Shown: positions 9,157 through 18,805 of the stretch, piece after piece
Layout of the letters: the number at the start of each line of letters is the position of its first letter
Numbering within the stretch: position 1 is the first letter of the stretch
Source: Solobacterium sp.
GTDB lineage: Bacteria; Bacillota_I; Bacilli_A; Erysipelotrichales; Erysipelotrichaceae
Length of the DNA stretch: 64,000 bases
NCBI GenBank assembly: GCA_017432325.1
Contig: JAFRJJ010000072.1
Coordinates: 2,117-66,116 of the forward strand
Direction of reading: 5' to 3'
Position numbers and translations under genes: made by a program
The notes under the pieces: model-generated
Databases searched by the model: none
What the model saw: the letters and a program-made list of their open reading frames with translations, nothing else
Told to the model about the DNA's origin: nothing

Positions 9157-11913
9157 ATGAAAAAGCTCAGTACAGGGAAAACAGATCAGATATGGCCTGA
9201 CGCAAATGACTATTTCTATCCGGATATGGGATTGGAAAGCCTGTTCCGTACAGGTGTTTTTCTGATCGACAGTGATCATGATACGATCCCGGATACCTGT
9301 GCGTATCATGCGGAAATCCCGAATGATCCGTACTGCAGGAAAGCCTGGGAACTGCTGGAAAACAGACTGAAAAGGGAATGCGGAAACGGGGAATGTGTAC
9401 AAAGCAGGAATGTGATCCGCTTTACCGGAACCAATGAACCATCCGTCAGACAATTCATGCATGAAGGATATGCGGAACTGCGCATTGACGGCAGCGGTGA
9501 CGAGCTGCTGTCATTCATGCAGTGTTTTGTGCGAAACTATGACAGATATGTTATTTGTGCTTCCATGGAAGAGATCACCATGCACCTGAGTGACACATTT
9601 GCCTGCCGCAATTACGACGGTGAAGCGGTCTATCAGATAAAACATCACGACAAATGTATCCTTGAACAGGAATATCCCGTACAGAGTGAACTGGATACGG
9701 TCATGAGGCTGATTGATGAAGTGCAGTATGAAGACCATGATCTGATATTTGAACTGGCAGTGTCCAAGCCTGAAGAAGTACGGCTGGCTGTGAAAGAGGA
9801 GATCCATAAACGTTTTCCCAACGCAGAAGTCCGTGTGCTGAATGCCTACAAACAGGGTTTCTCCTGGATCGAGGAGACATGTATTCCGGTATTGAAAGAA
9901 AAGCATCCCGAACGGATCGAGATATCGTTTGCGGCGGATGGGGTATGGAAAGATACAGACGGACGTGTACCTGTGAGGATGGCATCAAAAGGCAAAGACA
10001 GTCAGGAACAGATGGAACTTCCGGTCCGCTTCCTGCAGGAACTGTATCCCGTTGATGATGTACTGGCAGAAGCACTGCGGATCGACCGAAACCGGATCAC
10101 TTTCCGTTTATCGGAGGAGCCGGATATCACATACAGGCTCAGCGCATATCAGGATGACGCAGTCGTCTTTACAGACACATATACAGTGCATACATATGAA
10201 CGGTATTTCCTGGATGCGTATCCGGAAAAGGGAACAGTACATCCTTCCACAGGATATTTCCGTATCAGACAGAACGGTTCGGCCGTTTCTGAGCAGACTG
10301 TCAGGACCGACAGGGATCATATCTGGGACGTGTTCCAGGAGAAGATCTTGCCTGCATTAAATGCCTGCAGGATCAATGCATATGAAAACGGCGATCGTCT
10401 CTCGCGTTCCGTTATACAGATAGGACTGGATGAGACGGAACGGATCCTTCCGTTCCGTCAGGACAGGATCGCTCCTGCGGACGGACTGATGGAAGACCTG
10501 TATTTTACAGCTCTGGAATATTTTGAACAGTATGATCTGGAAACGCAAAGAAACAACGGAGAAGCAGGCCTGATCATACCGGATGTCACGTTAAGAACAG
10601 GAAGTCCCGCATGCTCATTGTCCGTTTCTGCAGCAGAACAGGTAATTCCGTATCATGTGCAGATCTGTCTGGAAGCTGTCTCATACAGAGACGATCAGCT
10701 GGTCTGCCGTTATGCCGCGGGAGGTGTCAGTGATGACGTCATCGAAAACTGGCAGCGTAAATGCAATGACGGGAAATTGAGAATCTCAGGGTATCTGAGC
10801 GGCAAAGGCATATTTGCGGTCAATGATCATGAGGTCAGGATATGTCCTGAAACAGCAGCGGATCTGGATCCTGAAGAGATCAGGATCCCTGATGCCGTGA
10901 TCACTCCCGATATGCTTGATGACATCATGGAACAGTTCAGGCATGTCAGCGGCATTCATGTACATGTCGTCGGTGAATCTTATGAGCGAAAACCTGTTTA
11001 TGCAGTGTCCTTTGAAGATAAGACCGGTTCACGGTATGAAGACCGTATCGGCAGATGCAATGTGCTGATCAACGCCAGACATCATGCCAATGAAGTTTCC
11101 TCCACCAATGCCGTGCTTCAGCTGATCAGGGAACTGCTGTGTGACCCGGAAAAACATAGGCTGAAGGAACGCATGAACCTCGTGATCATACCCATGGAGA
11201 ATCCCGACGGGGCGGCTGTCCATGATCTGCTGTGCAGGAAACATCCGGACTATAAACTGCATATGGCAAGGTTCAATGCACTGGGCAGGGAGTTTGCGCG
11301 TGATGTGTTTGTGCCTGATACCGTGCATACAGAAGCCAGGGCAGTTTACCGTCTGCTGAGAGAATATGTATTTGATGTCATCATTGACGAACATGGTGTC
11401 CCTTCCCATGAATGGGAACAGACATTCTCCGGTTACACCTCTCCTGCTTACCGCGGGTTCTGGCTGCCAAGGGCAGTTCTGTACGGGTACTTCTGGTATA
11501 CGCCAGAACATGAAAACCAGATGTACAGAGACCTGACGGCACGGATCGAGCAGGCGGTCAGTATGAAGATAAGCGCTGATAAAGAACTGGCGGAATTGAA
11601 CAATGACTGGAAAGACAGATTTGAGAAATACGCACATGCATGGATGCCGGCAATGTTTCCCGCAGATTACAGGTATGATATGATCCATTACCATATCGTC
11701 AGGCCGCAGGATGACCATAGTTTTTATGTCACCCAGAAGTACCCCTGGCTTCACGCGCTGTATTACACCAGTGAAGTGCCGGATGAAACAGTGCACGGAA
11801 ATGCCCTGCAGCAGTGCATCAGGGCACATCTGGCAGATGAATATGCACTTCTGGAAGTCATACAGGAATTCATAAACAAAGACTGCGGTATTGATCACGG
11901 AACAGGTGATTGA
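9157..11913 (+). CDS. Large M14-family zinc carboxypeptidase-like protein
   Basis: C-terminal NARHHANE (HxxE), ENPDG, RFNALG, DEHG motifs; about 600 aa unassigned N-terminus; start codon uncertain. Confidence 0.75.
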   Translation: MKKLSTGKTDQIWPDANDYFYPDMGLESLFRTGVFLIDSDHDTIPDTCAYHAEIPNDPYCRKAWELLENRLKRECGNGECVQSRNVIRFTGTNEPSVRQFMHEGYAELRIDGSGDELLSFMQCFVRNYDRYVICASMEEITMHLSDTFACRNYDGEAVYQIKHHDKCILEQEYPVQSELDTVMRLIDEVQYEDHDLIFELAVSKPEEVRLAVKEEIHKRFPNAEVRVLNAYKQGFSWIEETCIPVLKEKHPERIEISFAADGVWKDTDGRVPVRMASKGKDSQEQMELPVRFLQELYPVDDVLAEALRIDRNRITFRLSEEPDITYRLSAYQDDAVVFTDTYTVHTYERYFLDAYPEKGTVHPSTGYFRIRQNGSAVSEQTVRTDRDHIWDVFQEKILPALNACRINAYENGDRLSRSVIQIGLDETERILPFRQDRIAPADGLMEDLYFTALEYFEQYDLETQRNNGEAGLIIPDVTLRTGSPACSLSVSAAEQVIPYHVQICLEAVSYRDDQLVCRYAAGGVSDDVIENWQRKCNDGKLRISGYLSGKGIFAVNDHEVRICPETAADLDPEEIRIPDAVITPDMLDDIMEQFRHVSGIHVHVVGESYERKPVYAVSFEDKTGSRYEDRIGRCNVLINARHHANEVSSTNAVLQLIRELLCDPEKHRLKERMNLVIIPMENPDGAAVHDLLCRKHPDYKLHMARFNALGREFARDVFVPDTVHTEARAVYRLLREYVFDVIIDEHGVPSHEWEQTFSGYTSPAYRGFWLPRAVLYGYFWYTPEHENQMYRDLTARIEQAVSMKISADKELAELNNDWKDRFEKYAHAWMPAMFPADYRYDMIHYHIVRPQDDHSFYVTQKYPWLHALYYTSEVPDETVHGNALQQCIRAHLADEYALLEVIQEFINKDCGIDHGTGD

Positions 11914-12041
11914 TGCATCGATATCACGCAAATACATCATCCGGTGATACTGATATGCGTATTTTCGGATATAATGTTTGTGTTCAATAATCAGAACTGA
12001 TAAAATAAGACGGCAAAAAAGAATAAAAAGGAGAAGTAACT

Positions 12042-12599
12042 ATGGCAATTGAAGCTGGCGATTTCAAAACAGGATTAACAGTAATTGTAGACGGCGACCC
12101 TTGGGTAGTCCTTGATTTCATGCATGTAAAACCCGGCAAAGGCGCTGCGATCCTGAAGACAAAGATGAAGAACCTGAAGACAGGTTCCACACAGGAAAGA
12201 AACTTCAACGCTTCCACAAAATTCGAGCAGGCAAATATCGAGAGAAAGCAGGCTCAGTATTCCTATGAAGCTGATAACGTATTCTACTTCATGGATCTGG
12301 AAACATATGAATCCTATGAACTTGGTTCCGACCATGTCGGTGACAACAAGTACTATCTGATCGACGGCATGAGTGTTATGCTGACATTCTTCGAAGGCCA
12401 GGTACTTGATGTTACGCTGCCTGACCGTGTTACTCTGACGATCGTTGAGACAACACCGGCAATCAAAGGCGCTCCGTCCACACAGACAAAAGACGGAAAG
12501 ACAGAGACGGGTCTGACACTGAGGATCCCTCAGTTCATCGAGGAAGGCGAGAAGATCCTCGTTTCCACAGCTGACGGCAAATATTCCGGCAGAGCGTGA
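12042..12599 (+). CDS. efp: Elongation factor P
   Basis: HVKPGKG tip loop, FMDLETYE, TETGL, YSGRA; strong RBS AAGGAG. Confidence 0.97.
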   Translation: MAIEAGDFKTGLTVIVDGDPWVVLDFMHVKPGKGAAILKTKMKNLKTGSTQERNFNASTKFEQANIERKQAQYSYEADNVFYFMDLETYESYELGSDHVGDNKYYLIDGMSVMLTFFEGQVLDVTLPDRVTLTIVETTPAIKGAPSTQTKDGKTETGLTLRIPQFIEEGEKILVSTADGKYSGRA

Positions 12600-13360
12600 T
12601 CTCATATTCTGAAATGAATAAAGTGGTCTTGATCACCGGGGCAGCCAAAGGCATCGGCAAAGCAATTGCCCTGGAACTGGCAAAGAGCGGTTATGACATT
12701 GTCATAAACTATCTGACATCCGGGGATGAGGCACTTCAGCTGCAGAAGACGATCATTGATACATATGGGGTCAGATGTCTTGCATACAGGGCAGACGTTT
12801 CCAAAGAGGAAGAGGTCGACCGTATGGTTTCTGCTGTTGAAGAAGAGCTGCACGGTGTGGACATTCTGATCAACAATGCGGCAGTGGATCTTTCCAATCT
12901 GTTTCATTTAAAGACCGCGGAGGAATTCAGAAGAACGCTGGATGTCAATGTGGTCGGCGCATATATCTGCAGCAAACGTGTCTCCAGACATATGCTGGAT
13001 CAGGAATACGGCAGGATCATCAACATCTCTTCCACCAACGGGATCAACACATACTATCCGATGAGTTTTGATTACGATGCGTCCAAGGCCGCATTGATCT
13101 CACTCACACATGATCTGGCTGTACAGTTCAGCCCCAATGTTCATGTGAACGCAGTCGCGCCGGGCTTTATCGGCACGGAAAGCGAACTGGAAGGATATGA
13201 TGATGAATTCCTGAAGGAAGAGACAGATAAGATCCTGGTCAGCAGGTACGGAAAACCGGAAGAGGTCGCGTATCTGGTCAGGTTCCTGATCAGTCATGAG
13301 GCCGATTATATCAACAATACCGTGATCAGAATCGACGGCGGACAAACAGGAAGCTGTTAA
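12596..13360 (+). CDS. SDR family oxidoreductase (FabG-like)
   Basis: TGAAKGIG, NNAA, YDASK (YxxxK), VNAVAPG. Confidence 0.9.
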   Translation: MISYSEMNKVVLITGAAKGIGKAIALELAKSGYDIVINYLTSGDEALQLQKTIIDTYGVRCLAYRADVSKEEEVDRMVSAVEEELHGVDILINNAAVDLSNLFHLKTAEEFRRTLDVNVVGAYICSKRVSRHMLDQEYGRIINISSTNGINTYYPMSFDYDASKAALISLTHDLAVQFSPNVHVNAVAPGFIGTESELEGYDDEFLKEETDKILVSRYGKPEEVAYLVRFLISHEADYINNTVIRIDGGQTGSC

Positions 13361-13367
13361 AACAGAT

Positions 13368-13423
13368 ACCCGCAGAGGAGTATCATCCGGGAACCCGGAT
13401 GATGTGCTTCTGCGGGTGTTTTT
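13368..13423 (+). terminator. Long 24-bp hairpin plus T-run after efp-SDR
   Basis: Arms 13368-13391 and 13394-13417, one mismatch and three G.U pairs, then GTTTTT. Confidence 0.65.
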
Positions 13424-13469
13424 CTGATGCAGAAACCGGGAAGAAAACGAAGGCGTGAATGATCCGCAC

Positions 13470-13496
13470 AGCCTGCATAGATCGTGCAGGCTTTTT
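13470..13496 (+). terminator. Second intrinsic terminator
   Basis: AGCCTGCA/TGCAGGCT followed by TTTT. Confidence 0.6.
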
Positions 13497-13524
13497 ATAC
13501 GGATACTGATTGCGGGTATGCTGT

Positions 13525-13553
13525 TTGACATTCAATCATGCATCATAAATAAT
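13525..13553 (+). promoter_or_regulatory. Putative sigma-A promoter of the aldolase/GlpA-like cluster
   Basis: TTGACA-17 nt-AATAAT; if real, the first gene starts at ATG 13585. Confidence 0.45.
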
Positions 13554-14121
13554 GGATTCAGAAACAAAGAGCAGTACAGATCATATGGAAAACATATTGG
13601 AGCAGGAGAGGATCATACAGACATATCTGTATCTGAGCAGCTGCCTGAAGAAGGAAAGGCTGTTTCACGCAGATACGCTTTTTCTGCTTCCCGGAAACAT
13701 CGTTCTGAACGCGGAGGGAGAAAGAACATCCTCTCCGCTGTTTGATATGCTCAAAGCGGACTGCGCGCTGTTTACATACGGTGAATACTCCCGCAAGTAT
13801 GCAGAGAAAAAACAGGGTCTGCGTCCGTCAATAGATGACATGGCGCAGATGTTCGGAAGCACTGTCGCTTCCCGTATTCTGCCGGCCAGAAACGACAATG
13901 CATGTCTGATACAGAACAAAGGTTTTGTTGTGACAGGCAGATTTGAAAATGAACTGATCGCCGCTGCTCTCCTGGTTGAAAAGGCCTGCCGGACAGAGAT
14001 GCTTGCGGGTAAGATCGGACAGATCAGATATCTGGGTCCGGTGCTTGCGGAAGCGGAACACGCGGTCTACCTGATGAAATATTCAAAGCACGAGAAAGAG
14101 GCTGCCGATGAAAGAAGATGA
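13552..14121 (+). CDS. Degenerate class II aldolase/adducin-like protein
   Basis: ACLIQNKGFVVTG parallels GCILSNHGFVCGA of the next gene; LLVEKAC..E helix; Zn-binding His residues absent; start may be 13585. Confidence 0.55.
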   Translation: MDSETKSSTDHMENILEQERIIQTYLYLSSCLKKERLFHADTLFLLPGNIVLNAEGERTSSPLFDMLKADCALFTYGEYSRKYAEKKQGLRPSIDDMAQMFGSTVASRILPARNDNACLIQNKGFVVTGRFENELIAAALLVEKACRTEMLAGKIGQIRYLGPVLAEAEHAVYLMKYSKHEKEAADERR

Positions 14122-14641
14122 TGTACGCAGAGAACTGGTGGAGTGCGGAAAGAAACTGGCTGATCTGGGACTGATCCAGGGAACCTGGGGGAATCTCTCC
14201 GCAAGGCTGGATCAGGATCACTTTCTGATCACGCCTTCCGGAGCGGATTATTATGCTGTCCGCCCGGAAGATATTGTGAAGGTGGACCTGAGGGACGGAA
14301 CGTATGAAGAGGGAAAGCATCCTTCCAGTGAACGCTTGATGCATCAGCTGATCTATCGGAACAGGCCGGATCTTGGGGGAATCGTACATACACATTCCCC
14401 GTACTGTTCTGTTTTTGCGGCCTGCCGGAAGGATCTTATCACGAGCAGGCTTGATTATCCGTGTGCGCCATACGGGATCAGCGGTTCAAAGAAACTGGCG
14501 GTGAATGTATCACGGATCATGCTGGGACATGACGGGTGCATTCTTTCCAACCATGGATTTGTCTGCGGTGCGGCGGATCTGAAAACAGCGCTGGCACTTG
14601 CTGCCGAAGCAGAAAAAGCTGCGGAGGAAATACTGAAATGA
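14108..14641 (+). CDS. Class II aldolase/adducin family protein (FucA/AraD-like)
   Basis: GTWGNLS, ITPSG, PSSE, HTHS, NHG. Confidence 0.9.
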   Translation: MKEDDVRRELVECGKKLADLGLIQGTWGNLSARLDQDHFLITPSGADYYAVRPEDIVKVDLRDGTYEEGKHPSSERLMHQLIYRNRPDLGGIVHTHSPYCSVFAACRKDLITSRLDYPCAPYGISGSKKLAVNVSRIMLGHDGCILSNHGFVCGAADLKTALALAAEAEKAAEEILK

Positions 14642-15879
14642 AAGACAAATATGATGTCATTGTCATCGGTGCCGGACCGGCAGGTCTTTCTGCCGCCCTC
14701 AGCGCATCCCAAAACGGTGCAGATGTATTGATCGTGGAACGGGAAAATGAACCCGGCGGTATTCTGAAACAATGCATTCATGACGGCTTCGGTCTGCACC
14801 GTTATGGCGAAAAACTGACAGGTCCGGAATATGCATACCGCGATATCACGCAGCTTGAGGAGACAGGCTGTGACGCTGTTTATTCTGCGTTTGTGCTGGA
14901 TGTTTCCGGACATGATGAAGGCTGGCAGGTGACATTATCCATGCGCAGCGGACTTCATACGGTGTGGACAAAGGCGCTGGTCCTGGCGACCGGATGCCGT
15001 GAACGCACAGCCAGACAGGTATTTATCCATGGCGACCGTCCTTCCGGAGTCTATACGGCGGGTACCGTTCAGAACTTCATCAATCTGAAGGGATGGATGC
15101 CGGCAAAAAAAGCTGTCATTCTAGGAAGCGGCGACATCGGCCTGATCATGGCAAGACGCCTGACCCTGGAAGGGGCGGAAGTGCTCGGCGTATATGAGGC
15201 AAAGAACAGACCCGGCGGACTGATGAGAAATATCGCCCAGTGTCTGGAGGACTTCAATATTCCGCTGTATCTGTCGAAGACAGTTACGCGGACGATCGGA
15301 AAACACAGACTGGAAGCCGTAGAGATCATGGATGTGGACGACAATATGGAACCGGTCCCCGGCACCGAACAGATCATTCCGTGTGATACGCTGATCCTTT
15401 CGGTCGGCCTGATCCCTGAAAATGAACTTGCGGAAAGCATAGGGGTCAGGATATCCGGACAGACGCACGGACCGCTGGTCGACCAGAATATGGAGACCCT
15501 GAAAGACGGTATCTTCGCGGCCGGAAACTGTGTCAGTGTCAATGATCTGGCAGACTATGTCAGTGAAAACGGAATCACTGCGGGAAAAGCAGCCGCTTCA
15601 TATGCCGGACAGAAACATGAAAGGGAACTGCTGCCCGTAAAAACCCAGGATGGCATCGGCAGCTGTGTTCCTCAGTATATCGATAAAAACAGTGACCTGA
15701 GCAATGCCGTGCTGTATCTGCGCAGTGACGATGATTACAGGGACAGGGAGATCCTGCTGGAAAGTGAAGGAAAGGTCCTGCTCACAAAGAAAATGAAGAC
15801 TGTTCACTCCGCGGAGATCATCCGCCTGGAAGCGGATCTGTCCGGGATCGGATCAGAACTGAAGGTGAAGCTGATATGA
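14638..15879 (+). CDS. NAD(P)/FAD-dependent oxidoreductase (thioredoxin-reductase-like partner of clostridial GlpA)
   Basis: GAGPAG, GGILKQCIHDGFG, ATGCRER, GSGDIG; start MKDKYDV at 14638. Confidence 0.88.
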   Translation: MKDKYDVIVIGAGPAGLSAALSASQNGADVLIVERENEPGGILKQCIHDGFGLHRYGEKLTGPEYAYRDITQLEETGCDAVYSAFVLDVSGHDEGWQVTLSMRSGLHTVWTKALVLATGCRERTARQVFIHGDRPSGVYTAGTVQNFINLKGWMPAKKAVILGSGDIGLIMARRLTLEGAEVLGVYEAKNRPGGLMRNIAQCLEDFNIPLYLSKTVTRTIGKHRLEAVEIMDVDDNMEPVPGTEQIIPCDTLILSVGLIPENELAESIGVRISGQTHGPLVDQNMETLKDGIFAAGNCVSVNDLADYVSENGITAGKAAASYAGQKHERELLPVKTQDGIGSCVPQYIDKNSDLSNAVLYLRSDDDYRDREILLESEGKVLLTKKMKTVHSAEIIRLEADLSGIGSELKVKLI

Positions 15880-16235
15880 AAAAAATGATCTGTATTATAT
15901 GTCCGAACGGATGTGAACTTGAGATAGATGATACGGAACGCGTGACGGGAAATCTTTGCCCGAAAGGCCGGCAGTTTGCCCTGCAGGAACTGAAAGATCC
16001 CCGCCGCAGTGTATCAACGACCTGCCGGACGGTATTTCCCGATCTGCCTGTCGTACCAGTACGGACAGAACAGGAAATACCGAAGCATCTGATGAAGGAT
16101 GCCGTCCGGGCAATCAGTGAAATTGTTATTGACCGGCATATGCGAATAGGGGAGACGGTTGCGGAAAACATCCTGAATACCGGGGTGAATGTCATTCTCT
16201 GCACAGACCGTCTGAAGGAGGTAAACCATGACTGA
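15876..16235 (+). CDS. DUF1667 family small Cys/Fe-S protein
   Basis: CIICPNGC...GNLCPKG, VVPVRT. Confidence 0.85.
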   Translation: MKKMICIICPNGCELEIDDTERVTGNLCPKGRQFALQELKDPRRSVSTTCRTVFPDLPVVPVRTEQEIPKHLMKDAVRAISEIVIDRHMRIGETVAENILNTGVNVILCTDRLKEVNHD

Positions 16236-17043
16236 CCATTTTGCCAGAGGCAGATCTGCAGAAGTATTCCGAATCGATGACGGAAGAGTGATGAAACTGT
16301 TTTTTGAGGATTATCCCCGGGAATATGCCGAAAAGGAATTCCGTAACACAAAGATTGCTTCCGAACTCGGATGCACACCGATGAAGGTGTATGAAATGGT
16401 TGAAAAAGAAGGAAGATGCGGCTTTATCATGGATTTTATCAACGGTGTATCCCAGAATGATATGCCTTCCAAAAATCCGCTGTATCTGCTGAAGGGAGGC
16501 AAGGATCTTGCCCGCTGCCATGTCAGGGTCCAGGCACGGAGATCACATGAACTGGAAGATATCCGGACTATGTGCGCTGATCTTCTGAATGATGAAACCA
16601 TGTCGTTTCTGAACGCGGAAGAGAAACAGCGCGCAGAGAAGTACCTGCTGTCACTTTCGGAGGACGATACGGTGCTGCATCTGGATTTCCATACCGGGAA
16701 TGTGCTGGTGAGTCCGGACGGGGGCTGTACGGTCATTGACTGGATGACGGCAGCCAGAGGAAACCGGGCTGTTGAAGAAGCCATGATGGAATTCCTGTTC
16801 TCTGAAGCGGAGCTGTTCCCGGAAGCAGGGAAACTGCAGAAAGCATTCTTCGCTGCTGTCCGCGGCTACATCGGAAAGCAGTTCTTCAGGGAATACCAGA
16901 AACTGACGCCGCTTGCCGCGGAAGAGATCGACAGATACCGCCTGTTGGCGCTGATCATAAGAAGAAGCTGGAATATCGACTTTGAAAAGCCTTATCTGAC
17001 AAAAACGATCCGGGAGCTGATCCGGAAGCACGGGATCTCATGA
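16228..17043 (+). CDS. APH/choline-kinase-like phosphotransferase
   Basis: ARGRSAEV, LHLDFHTGN (HxDxxxxN), VIDW. Confidence 0.85.
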   Translation: MTDHFARGRSAEVFRIDDGRVMKLFFEDYPREYAEKEFRNTKIASELGCTPMKVYEMVEKEGRCGFIMDFINGVSQNDMPSKNPLYLLKGGKDLARCHVRVQARRSHELEDIRTMCADLLNDETMSFLNAEEKQRAEKYLLSLSEDDTVLHLDFHTGNVLVSPDGGCTVIDWMTAARGNRAVEEAMMEFLFSEAELFPEAGKLQKAFFAAVRGYIGKQFFREYQKLTPLAAEEIDRYRLLALIIRRSWNIDFEKPYLTKTIRELIRKHGIS

Positions 17044-18800
17044 AACCGGATCAACTGCGGAAACAGCTGCGGAAGATCGACCCCGGTATCCGGGTCTCGG
17101 AAGTCAACGGCTGTATCAGGCTGGAAGGTGAAGTGGATGACTGGCAGAAAGCCGTTAAAGCAGGACAGGCAGCTGTTGACCGGAAACGATACCTTGGTGT
17201 ACTGAACGATATCCGCCTGCGCGGTTTTGAGCAGAAGACAATCCTGCCGGAAATAAATGACCGGTATTACGATGGCCGTCATTGCGATGTGCTGATCATC
17301 GGGGGCGGTATTACCGGCTGCGCTGCAGCCCGTGAACTGGCCGGATATCAGCTGGATCTCCTCCTTGTTGAAAAAGGACCTGATATTGCATCAGGGCAGT
17401 CCTCCAGAAACGGAGGCGTTCTGCATACCGGAGTCAATTTCTCAAAGGATTCCCTGAAACTGAAATACTGTGTCCGCGGGAATACCATGTACCGCAGGCT
17501 CTCGGATGATCTGCATGTACCATATGAAAACAAGGGACAGATCACCTTTGCCAGAACAAAGTGGGAAATGGCTGCTTTGCGTTATGTACAGCATACCGCT
17601 TTGCAGAAAGGGGTCGTGCGCACAAAGATCATGACACGGGAGGAACTGCTGAAATATGAGCCTTCCATCCCTGACTGGAGCATCGGCGGTCTTTATATGG
17701 GTACCGGCGGTATTACCTGCCCGCATAAGATGACGATCGCCCTTGCGGAAAACGCGGCGGAAAACGGCGCGGAGATCGCGCTGAATACAGCAGTGCTCTC
17801 CATGAAGACGGAAAACGGGCTCATTACGGAAGTAGTGACCAACCGCGGAACGATCTATCCCAAAGCAGTCATCAATGCGGCAGGTGTCTATGCGGATGTG
17901 ATCGCGGATATGGCAGGGGACAGAACATTTACGATCCATCCCCGGATCGGAACAGATCTGATCACAGATAAAAAGGCAGGATGGATGGCATCTTCCAGCC
18001 TCGGCAAAACACCGTTTACGCTGAGCCCGGAGCAGCTGGAAGAAATACCGGATGATCCTGTATCCAGGGTGAAAGCGATCCTGAAGAATATGCATTCTCA
18101 TTCCAAAGGGATCGGACTGATCCATGCTGTGGATGGGAATGTACTGATCGGCCCGAACGCTGATGAGGTGCCGGACAGGGAAGACACTTCCACGGACCGC
18201 GAAATATCCGAACATATTATCCGTGTCCAGCAGGAAGTACAGCCGGCTCTCAGAAGATCGGATATCATTGCCTATTTTACCGGTGTCAGAAGCCCGACAT
18301 ATGAAGAAGACTTTGTTGTCCGGAAAGGGATTTTCACAAAGAATATCTTCGAAGCTGCCGGCATCCAGTCTCCCGGGCTGACCGCTGCCCCGGCGATCGC
18401 GGCTGATATCGCCATGTGGGTCAGAGAGTATCTTGAAACGATCATGGATGTAAAAAAGAATCCGTCCTTTGATCCGAAGCGGAAGTACAAGCCGGTGCTT
18501 TCTGAACTGACTTTTCAGGAACGGGATGAACTGATCCGTGAACATCCGGATTACGGTGAGATCGTCTGCCGGTGCGAATGCATTTCCAAAGGTGAGATCC
18601 TGGACGCGCTGCGCTCACCGGTACCGGTATATACGACGGATGCCATTAAGCGCAGGGTCAGATGCGGTATGGGCAGATGCCAGGGAGGCTTCTGTCTTCC
18701 CCGCATCATTGAGATCATCGCTGAAGAAACAGGGAAACAGCCTGAAGAGATCGTTAAATCTTCTTCTGAAAGCACGCATATATTTCATAAAACAAAATGA
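17040..18800 (+). CDS. FAD-dependent dehydrogenase, GlpA/LhgO-like, with N-terminal BON-like domain and C-terminal BFD-like [2Fe-2S] domain
   Basis: IGGGITG, GQSSRNGG, IQSPGLTAAPA, CRCE...RCGMGRCQGGFC; N-terminal IRLEGEVDD..GVLNDI. Confidence 0.85.
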   Translation: MKPDQLRKQLRKIDPGIRVSEVNGCIRLEGEVDDWQKAVKAGQAAVDRKRYLGVLNDIRLRGFEQKTILPEINDRYYDGRHCDVLIIGGGITGCAAARELAGYQLDLLLVEKGPDIASGQSSRNGGVLHTGVNFSKDSLKLKYCVRGNTMYRRLSDDLHVPYENKGQITFARTKWEMAALRYVQHTALQKGVVRTKIMTREELLKYEPSIPDWSIGGLYMGTGGITCPHKMTIALAENAAENGAEIALNTAVLSMKTENGLITEVVTNRGTIYPKAVINAAGVYADVIADMAGDRTFTIHPRIGTDLITDKKAGWMASSSLGKTPFTLSPEQLEEIPDDPVSRVKAILKNMHSHSKGIGLIHAVDGNVLIGPNADEVPDREDTSTDREISEHIIRVQQEVQPALRRSDIIAYFTGVRSPTYEEDFVVRKGIFTKNIFEAAGIQSPGLTAAPAIAADIAMWVREYLETIMDVKKNPSFDPKRKYKPVLSELTFQERDELIREHPDYGEIVCRCECISKGEILDALRSPVPVYTTDAIKRRVRCGMGRCQGGFCLPRIIEIIAEETGKQPEEIVKSSSESTHIFHKTK

Positions 18801-18805
18801 ACACA

